The position numbers and the translations under genes are program-made. Below are positions 57,602 through 64,000 of a stretch of DNA of 64,000 nt, in pieces; within the stretch, counting starts at the first letter, position 1; each line of letters opens with the position of its first letter. The stretch covers positions 2,048,001 to 2,112,000 of the forward strand of contig CBDBCY010000004.1 of assembly GCA_965203555.1 (NCBI GenBank), in the 5' to 3' direction. The notes under the pieces are model-generated. The model worked only from the letters and a program-made list of their open reading frames with translations. It was not told the DNA's origin and did not search any database. The DNA is from Acidimicrobiia bacterium (lineage in GTDB: Bacteria > Actinomycetota > Acidimicrobiia > Spongiisociales > ZC4RG35).

Positions 57602-59413
57602 TCAAGAAGAACAGCCTTCCTCAAGGAGGGACACGGGCAGCGGAACATATTTGGCCCGCAGATACTCGCCCAGGCTCTTGGCCTGCGGATCGGTGTGAGT
57701 GTTGGACGATACTCCCTCTCCCAGGAGTCCGCGTACCACGAAGTTGATCGCCCACAGGTTGGGAAGAATGTGCCGTTCCACCTTGAGGTCGGCGGCTTCG
57801 GACACCATTTTTCGGAAGCGTGAAACGGTTAGGAACTGGACAATCCACTCGAAGGCATCCGGGCTCTCTGCCCAAACCCCCACATTGGCGTCTCCGCCCT
57901 TGTCACCGGAACGAGCACCGGCAACCCTTCCCAGGGGGACCATCACCGTCTGTGCGCCGTGCCACCGCGAACTGTCCCTCGATTCGGCGGTGGAATCGGC
58001 GCCGGCCGGTGCAAGGCTGGTGTCTCCGCCGGCCCCGGCCTCGGGTGGCCGGTAGAGGGGAACTTCCCTCTCGCGGTCCCCCAAACGTACCTTCTGGAGG
58101 ACCTCGGAAGCGTCCACGGCGGTCGGCCAGTAAACGGCGTAGGGAGAGGAGTCCTGCGGCGGAGCGGTCATGAAGAATCCCGGATAGTGCGCCAGCGCCA
58201 ACTCCACGGCCGCCCGCGAGAAACGGCGGCCAACCTTTTTGGGATCGGCATCCTTGACTGTGATGCGAAGTTGCGACATAGCCGCCTCGTTGGTGGCGGG
58301 ATCGGCATGGCCGGTGTCACTGAAAGTGACGGCCGCCTCCCCAAACTGTTCTGCTCCTCCCAGACTCTCCCACAAAGCCCTGGTGACCGACTCCGCCTTC
58401 CGATCGGCGTCCAAGCCGGTAATCATCATGGTGACGCTGTTGCGGTATCCACCCAGGTAGTTGAGAGCAACTTTCAAAGTGGAGGGAGGGGGTTCACCGC
58501 GGACTCCGGTGACCGCCACCCGGTCGGGTCCCTTCTGGGAGAGTTGGATGGTATCGAGACGGGCGGTTACATCGGGATTGTGATATCGCACCCCTCCCAC
58601 CTCGTACAAGAGTTGGGCAGTGACGGTTCCCACCGACACAAGCCCTCCGGTTCCCGGGTGCTTGGTTATAACCGCCGAGCCGTCAGCCGCCAGCTCGGCG
58701 ATGGGAAATCCCACCCGCTCGGGCATGGGCACCCGGTCGAAGAAGGCATAGTTTCCCCCGGTGCACTGTGCTCCGCATTCGATGATGTGCCCCGCCACCA
58801 GGGCGCCGGCCAGGGCGTCGTAGTCGTCCACTGCCCAGTCGAAGGCCCACATCCCCGGGCCGATCACCACTGCGGCGTCTGTTACCCGTCCCGTAACCAC
58901 CACGTCGGCGCCCCGGGAAAGCGCCTGGGCAATGCCCGTTCCGCCCAGGTAGGCGTTGGCGGTGAGGGGTTTGATGCTCGACGGCAGGGGCTGTCCGGTA
59001 TCGAAGTGGCGTAGCCCGTTCAGCTTCTGCAACTCCCCTACCCGCCCGGAAAGATCGTCTCCCGTTACACAGGCGATCCGCGGTTGCAGACCGAGACGAT
59101 CGGCCAGTTCTCCCAACCGTTCCGCCATTCCCTCCGGGTTGAGTCCGCCGGCGTTGGACACCACTTTTATTCCCCGATCCAGGCAGGTTCCCAACACTTG
59201 TTCCATCTGTGTCAGAAAGGTGCGGACATACCCGCCCTTGGGATCCCGTCGCCGCAACCGCCAGAGGATCGCCATGGTCAGTTCGGCCAGATAGTCCCCG
59301 GTGAGAACATCGATGGGCCCTCCTTCCACCATCTCCCGGGCCGCGGCGAGCCGGTCACCGTAAAAGCCGGAACAATTGGCGATACGCAGGGCATTCACCG
59401 CATCTCCTGTCAT
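57602..59413 (-). CDS. Acyclic terpene utilization AtuA-family protein
   Basis: IANCSGFYGD, DYLAELT, NAGG.NP, NAYLGG, GRVTDA, GHIIECG.Q.TGGN, ARSGDKG, D.QAK.LGE; ATGA-coupled to pepP. Confidence 0.92.
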   Translation of the reverse strand: MTGDAVNALRIANCSGFYGDRLAAAREMVEGGPIDVLTGDYLAELTMAILWRLRRRDPKGGYVRTFLTQMEQVLGTCLDRGIKVVSNAGGLNPEGMAERLGELADRLGLQPRIACVTGDDLSGRVGELQKLNGLRHFDTGQPLPSSIKPLTANAYLGGTGIAQALSRGADVVVTGRVTDAAVVIGPGMWAFDWAVDDYDALAGALVAGHIIECGAQCTGGNYAFFDRVPMPERVGFPIAELAADGSAVITKHPGTGGLVSVGTVTAQLLYEVGGVRYHNPDVTARLDTIQLSQKGPDRVAVTGVRGEPPPSTLKVALNYLGGYRNSVTMMITGLDADRKAESVTRALWESLGGAEQFGEAAVTFSDTGHADPATNEAAMSQLRITVKDADPKKVGRRFSRAAVELALAHYPGFFMTAPPQDSSPYAVYWPTAVDASEVLQKVRLGDREREVPLYRPPEAGAGGDTSLAPAGADSTAESRDSSRWHGAQTVMVPLGRVAGARSGDKGGDANVGVWAESPDAFEWIVQFLTVSRFRKMVSEAADLKVERHILPNLWAINFVVRGLLGEGVSSNTHTDPQAKSLGEYLRAKYVPLPVSLLEEGCSS

Positions 59414-60858
59414 CGTTGCGGGCTGTGTAGCGGAGCCTGCAGGCACAACTCCTCTACCTCCTCCGGCGTCTTGGCCAAAGCGGCGGTGAGTACCTCGTGG
59501 CCGCGGTCGGTTATCACCACGTCATCCTCGATTCTGACTCCGATTCCCAACAGTTCGGGGGGAATGGCATGGGTCACTTTGGGGGCTTCGTCCCGTAGTT
59601 CCCTGTGGCGGGCCGAAGCCGCCGGGTCAAGCATTTTCTCCCTGGCCCACTGGTCGGCATCGAATTGCAGCATCGTGAACTCCACCTCGGGGCGGGAGGG
59701 GTCGACATATATCCCCGGCTCGACCGTCAGGGCCATTCCCGGCTCCAGGCAGCGATCGGCGCCCTCAACCCGATAGGCCCCGGCATCATGGACATCCATC
59801 CCCAACCAGTGGGAGGTTCCATGCATGAAGAACTCCCGGTACAGGTTCATGTCCATCGCATCCTCGAAACCGGTGGGCAAAAGGCCCAACTCCACCATGC
59901 CTTCCACCAGGACACCCACAGCCGCCTCGTGTGGCGCCCGGATGTGACTTCCCGGTTGGCAGGCTGCGATCGCAGCCTCTTGGGCGTCCAGCACCACCTG
60001 GTAGACGCGAAGCTGCGGACCGGAATAAGAACCCGAGACCGGAAAGGTGCGGGTGATGTCGGATGTGAAGTGATGCAGTTCGCAGGCTGCGTCCACCAGC
60101 AGAAGCTCGCCGTCCTGCATCTGGCGGTTGCTGTTCACATAGTGGAGGATGCAGGCGTTCGGTCCGGAGGCGACGATGGACGGGTATCCGTCACGGGGAG
60201 AGCCTCCCATCCTCCACACGGTCTCCATGGCGGCCTGCACCTGATACTCCCAGCGGCCCGGCGCGGCAAAGCGCATAGCTTCCCGGTGGCCTTCCATGGT
60301 GAGATCACAGGCATCCCGTAGCCATTGGATTTCCTGGGAAGACTTGCGCAGTCGAAGCTCGGAGAGAAGCGGACGCAAATCGGAGAGGCGTCGGGGGAAG
60401 TCCACACCCAGGCGGGTGCGTAGCGCATGGGCCCGGTCCAGCAGGTTCATGACCTGTTTGGACCGGGCGGACGGGGCCAGAGACAACCATACCTCCGAAC
60501 GTCCCTGCGCCAGTCCTGGTAAGCGTTTGTCGAAATCCGTCACCGGATAGGCGGCATCGGCGCCGTAGGTTTCCTTGGCGCCGTCCACTCCCGCCCGCGG
60601 TCCGTCCCATATTTCCCGTTGGCGATCTGCCGGCTGGACGAACAGCGTGAACTCTCCCCGGGGGTGCTCGGGAGCGATCACCGCTGCCGCATGCGGTTCG
60701 CCGAAGCCGGTGAGATAGAAGAAGTCGGAGTCCTGGCGGAAGATGTGCTCCACGTCGTTGTTGCGGGGACTCGGGACACCCGCCATCACCACTGCTAAAC
60801 CTTCGGGGCCGACCATCTCGGCTAGTCGTCGCCGGTTACGGGCGAAAAGGTTGTCCAT
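59410..60858 (-). CDS. pepP: Xaa-Pro aminopeptidase P
   Basis: FRQDSDF.YLTG, W.G.R.G, ILHY, D...DITRT.P, HG.SHWLG.DVHD, EPGIY, G.RIEDD. Confidence 0.93.
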   Translation of the reverse strand: MDNLFARNRRRLAEMVGPEGLAVVMAGVPSPRNNDVEHIFRQDSDFFYLTGFGEPHAAAVIAPEHPRGEFTLFVQPADRQREIWDGPRAGVDGAKETYGADAAYPVTDFDKRLPGLAQGRSEVWLSLAPSARSKQVMNLLDRAHALRTRLGVDFPRRLSDLRPLLSELRLRKSSQEIQWLRDACDLTMEGHREAMRFAAPGRWEYQVQAAMETVWRMGGSPRDGYPSIVASGPNACILHYVNSNRQMQDGELLLVDAACELHHFTSDITRTFPVSGSYSGPQLRVYQVVLDAQEAAIAACQPGSHIRAPHEAAVGVLVEGMVELGLLPTGFEDAMDMNLYREFFMHGTSHWLGMDVHDAGAYRVEGADRCLEPGMALTVEPGIYVDPSRPEVEFTMLQFDADQWAREKMLDPAASARHRELRDEAPKVTHAIPPELLGIGVRIEDDVVITDRGHEVLTAALAKTPEEVEELCLQAPLHSPQR

Positions 60859-60935
60859 CCAAGTCCTTTTGGTTGTGACAAGACTGACCCTGAAGGATAA
60901 GGGGGATCGGGGGCGGGAGCACTACCCCTGGAGAG

Positions 60936-61940
60936 TCATCCCGAGGGGGAGACCAAGGCCAAATCCACCACCAGTGGTAAGTGATCGGAGCCCAGGTCAG
61001 GTCCCAGCCACCTGTCCGCCACCGCCAGATGCGGGGAGTGGAGGAGATGGTCGATGGGAACCCGGGTGAGGAGGTTGCCGTTTGTCGGGAAGCTGAGAGC
61101 AAGACCGAATCCGCGCTGGGAGTTGCGAAGGCCGGCGTCGGTTAGCGGCGCGAAGACATGGGACCAGGGAGTGGCGTTGAAGTCCCCGGTTATCACCGTC
61201 GGTCCCCTGGAGCCGCGCGCCCACTCTGCCGCGAATTCGAATTGCGCGTCCCGCAATGCTGTTCGCCGGGGATTGGTGGGCGCCAGCGGATGTATTCCGA
61301 GCAACGTGACTTCCCTGTCTCCCAAACCAACCACCACCTCCATTGCTCTGGCTTCCCTCTCCGCCCATCCGTGACTGATCACCTCCACGGGCCGGATTTT
61401 GGTGAGCGTCAGGGTGGAGAAGATGAGGTGGTCAGGGCGCGAGCGATGTTGGTGGTATTCAAACCCCTCCTCCGTGATGGCCTCTGACAGGGCTTCTTCC
61501 CAGAGCCGGTTGGCTTCATGGAGGAAGACCACGTCGGCAGCTGTTCGCCGGAGAAAATCGATCACCTGTCGGTACTCCTCGTTCTGTCCCTGGACGTTGA
61601 AGGAGACCACCCGCATGGTGGGCGATTGGGGAGGAATATCCTGCTTTCCCCAGAACAGCGGCGCCACATAGGCGGCGTTCAGCAATCCGAGAATCACCAC
61701 CGCCCAGCCCAGTCGCCGCCATTTGCCCAGCAGGAGGGCGGCCCCCGCCGCCACCAGTCCCACCGCATAAAGGGGCCGAAAGCTGGTGGCGAGATCAAGA
61801 GGCCAGATCCATCTACCGAGAAAAGCGAGGAGGCTTACTGTGGCGACCAGCAAAGCCGGGATCGCTACCAGAATCACTGCTGTCGCCCCCGCCTCAGCTT
61901 GGATGGCGACTTCGGCTGCCGATGGACTCTTGGTTGCCAA
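60936..61940 (-). CDS. Membrane-anchored endonuclease/exonuclease/phosphatase (EEP, YafD-like) protein
   Basis: N-terminal TMs, SFNV, DVV.L.E, GDFNATPWS, PIDH, GSDHLP. Confidence 0.88.
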   Translation of the reverse strand: MATKSPSAAEVAIQAEAGATAVILVAIPALLVATVSLLAFLGRWIWPLDLATSFRPLYAVGLVAAGAALLLGKWRRLGWAVVILGLLNAAYVAPLFWGKQDIPPQSPTMRVVSFNVQGQNEEYRQVIDFLRRTAADVVFLHEANRLWEEALSEAITEEGFEYHQHRSRPDHLIFSTLTLTKIRPVEVISHGWAEREARAMEVVVGLGDREVTLLGIHPLAPTNPRRTALRDAQFEFAAEWARGSRGPTVITGDFNATPWSHVFAPLTDAGLRNSQRGFGLALSFPTNGNLLTRVPIDHLLHSPHLAVADRWLGPDLGSDHLPLVVDLALVSPSG

Positions 61941-61968
61941 TCCAGGTGGAGTGTGAAATGAGAGTTCA

Positions 61969-62694
61969 TCAAAACGGAAGCATCAAGCTTGTTTTGTTGA
62001 GTTGTTTGCTGCGGCCTCTTGCGTCCGGCATAACGAACGCCATCGACTCCCAGAACGCGGGGGAATGATTCATGACAAGGAAATGAGTCAGTTCGTGCAC
62101 AACCAGATAGTCGATGAGTTCGGGGTCAAGCATCATGACCCGCCAGTTGAAACGCAGGGTTCCGTCCGAGGAGCAGCTGGCCCAGCGGCGTTTCTGATCA
62201 CGGATCAGAATCCGAGGCTCTCGGTGGCCGGCTACAAACGGCAACCAGTAGTCAACCTGCTCGGGTAGGAATTCCTCGGCTTTCTGCCGGTACCACTCTA
62301 TGAAGCCGTTGCTTATCAGCTCTCGCCGTTCTTCTTCACCCATTTGCGGTGGCGCGTCGAAGAGGAAGTGCCCGTCCTCAAAGCGGATCCAAGGCCTGAT
62401 GAAACTGTCGGTGTCCACCACCAGTGGAAAGTCCTCACCCAGGTATGGCATGGTTTCTCCGGTTACGAACCGCTTGGGAGCGGGCCTATTTGTCAGGGCC
62501 TGTCGCTTCTTGAGTATCCAGGGTGCTTGCTTTCGGACCAGGTCCTCCAGTTCCTGATCAGGCGTGTGGGCAGGCGCCAGCACCCGTACCCTGTCGAGAC
62601 TGATCTTGGTTTGAATCGTCTTCTTGCGGCGCTCGCTTCTAATCACCTCGTAGGTGATGGTGGTATCACCGTATTGGATGCTGTGGTTGTTCAT
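61969..62694 (-). CDS. YgjP/DUF45-family metal-dependent hydrolase
   Basis: RS.RRK, GE...YLG, K.RW.SC, DY.VVHEL.H....NHS..FW. Confidence 0.88.
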   Translation of the reverse strand: MNNHSIQYGDTTITYEVIRSERRKKTIQTKISLDRVRVLAPAHTPDQELEDLVRKQAPWILKKRQALTNRPAPKRFVTGETMPYLGEDFPLVVDTDSFIRPWIRFEDGHFLFDAPPQMGEEERRELISNGFIEWYRQKAEEFLPEQVDYWLPFVAGHREPRILIRDQKRRWASCSSDGTLRFNWRVMMLDPELIDYLVVHELTHFLVMNHSPAFWESMAFVMPDARGRSKQLNKTSLMLPF

Positions 62695-62809
62695 TGGACC
62701 TCCCTTGCAGACCGCTAATGATCGATGTCTCTTCTATCTGTTTGTCCCCCAGGTGTGACACCATACAACTGTCGGCCGCCTCGGCGGGGCAGACAACCGT
62801 TTCGGAGGG

Positions 62810-63682
62810 TTAGATTCCCGCCATCCAGTCAGCAATGAAGGCGCCGATCTCCTCTCCGGAATCCTCCTGAATGAAATGGGTTCCCCGGACGGTCTTTTCG
62901 GTCTGATTGGGCCAGGACCTGCATATCTCCCGCTGCTTTCCGATCAGAATGGTTCCCGGCTTGGCGTTTATGAACAGCTTGGGCACATCGCTCTCCGCCA
63001 GCCATTCCGCATAGGCGGCGGCAATCTCCGTCACGTCGGACGGCTCGCCGTCGATCGGTATTTCCCGTGGCCAGGTGAGCGTGGGGCGGCGGGTCTCGCC
63101 ACCTTCCGTGTAAGGCCGGCGATACTCGGCCATGACCTCCTCCGACAGAGGATCGAGTACCGAGGCGGGAAGGATCCTCTCCACGAATACGTTTTTGGTG
63201 ATAACGATGGCTTCTCCGGCCGGCGACCGCATGGCTTGGAAAATGCCCCGGGCGGGGTCCGGCCAGTCGTCCCAGGAAACGGGACACACGATTGTCTCCA
63301 TGTAGACCAGGCCCCGGACGGCATTCCGGTTGCGATTGGCCCAGTCGAAAGCCAACGCCCCTCCCCAGTCGTGACCCACCAGGGTCACGTTCTCGGTGGC
63401 GCCGACCGCCTCCAACCACGCGTCCAAGTACTGCCGATGTTCTACGAATCGATAGGATCCCGGACCCGAATCGTCCAGTTTGTCAGAGTCGCCCATTCCG
63501 ATCAGGTCCGGCGCCAAGCAGCGACCCTGACCGGACACCGGTGGGATGACTTTGCGCCACAGATAAGAGGAAGTCGGGTTGCCGTGGAGGAATACGATCG
63601 GGTCACCTGCGCCGGCCTCGGTGTAGGCCATGCGCCTGCCCAGGACTTGTACATGTTTCTTGGTGGATGCGAAACTGCTCAT
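62810..63682 (-). CDS. Haloalkane dehalogenase (HLD-II, LinB/DhaA-like)
   Basis: FLHGNPTSSYLWR, DLIGMG.SDK, nucleophile HDWG, YME, N.FVE..LP, PTL.WPR.IP, HF.QED. Confidence 0.92.
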   Translation of the reverse strand: MSSFASTKKHVQVLGRRMAYTEAGAGDPIVFLHGNPTSSYLWRKVIPPVSGQGRCLAPDLIGMGDSDKLDDSGPGSYRFVEHRQYLDAWLEAVGATENVTLVGHDWGGALAFDWANRNRNAVRGLVYMETIVCPVSWDDWPDPARGIFQAMRSPAGEAIVITKNVFVERILPASVLDPLSEEVMAEYRRPYTEGGETRRPTLTWPREIPIDGEPSDVTEIAAAYAEWLAESDVPKLFINAKPGTILIGKQREICRSWPNQTEKTVRGTHFIQEDSGEEIGAFIADWMAGI

Positions 63683-63757
63683 AAGCCAAGCTTAGAAAGG
63701 AACGCCGCCGCGGTACGGTCGGACGGCGTCGACGGGGGCCTGTTTAACCTGGGGGGC

Positions 63758-64000
63758 ATGGAACTGACACAGGCTCTCTACACCACCCGGGCAATGCGCC
63801 GGGTGCTACCCGATCCGATTCCCACCGACGTGATACAGGCCATGCTGGACGCGGCGATTCGCGCTCCCTCGGGGGGCAACGCCCAGAGCTGGCGGTTCGT
63901 GGTGGTGATCGATTCCAAGGTGAGGACCCGGTTGGGCGCCCTGTACCGGGAGGCGTTCGCCGTCTTACTGGACAAGGTGTACGGTGAACACCTGGACCGG
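63758..64000 (+). CDS. Nitroreductase-family protein (3' truncated by window)
   Basis: MEL..ALYTTRAMRR..PDPIP..LDAAIRAPSGGNAQ.WRF, read directly from the sequence. Confidence 0.85.
   Translation, partial: MELTQALYTTRAMRRVLPDPIPTDVIQAMLDAAIRAPSGGNAQSWRFVVVIDSKVRTRLGALYREAFAVLLDKVYGEHLDR

Noticed and set aside
61969-62694. YgjP/DUF45 gene as a marker of a type I restriction system
   Set aside because: No hsdR/M/S genes in the window; stand-alone copies are common
62735-62765. Second TGTCAC motif upstream of the YgjP gene (minus strand)
   Set aside because: No -10 element at the expected 10-nt spacing

Overview
High-GC chromosomal window, probably from an actinobacterium (actinobacterial-type Ssb, a DUF222-HNH gene, acidic Ala/Thr-rich lipoprotein linkers); the taxon is inferred, not verified. 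The left ~44 kb is an accessory, catabolism-rich region with no dedicated pathway regulator gene. It holds: (i) a sugar-type ABC importer with a tandem-duplicated binding protein, an amidohydrolase, and a divergent operon SDR / ceramidase-like hydrolase / TPP E1-beta / E1-alpha / stand-alone lipoyl carrier with no E2 or E3; (ii) an AzgA permease and adenine deaminase; (iii) two DUF1640-like paralogues around doxX; (iv) a CUT1 sugar ABC operon with two paralogous EthD/DUF4286-like proteins; (v) a Schlafen/AlbA_2 gene bracketed by related palindromes; (vi) a CotH lipoprotein and rare-sugar isomerase/dehydratase genes; (vii) a deletion scar joining fragments of an mtkB/sucD-like gene and a class V aminotransferase; (viii) a peptide ABC importer divergent from a dimethylformamidase-like operon. 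The right ~20 kb has a DUF222-HNH gene with structured flanks, rpsF-ssb-rpsR-rplI, panB, nfo, uppS, pepP, an AtuA-like gene and a haloalkane dehalogenase. Several genes appear to need non-canonical start codons (ATT, CTG). No rRNA, tRNA, CRISPR array or transposase was recognised. All product calls come from motifs recognised by eye; no searches were run.
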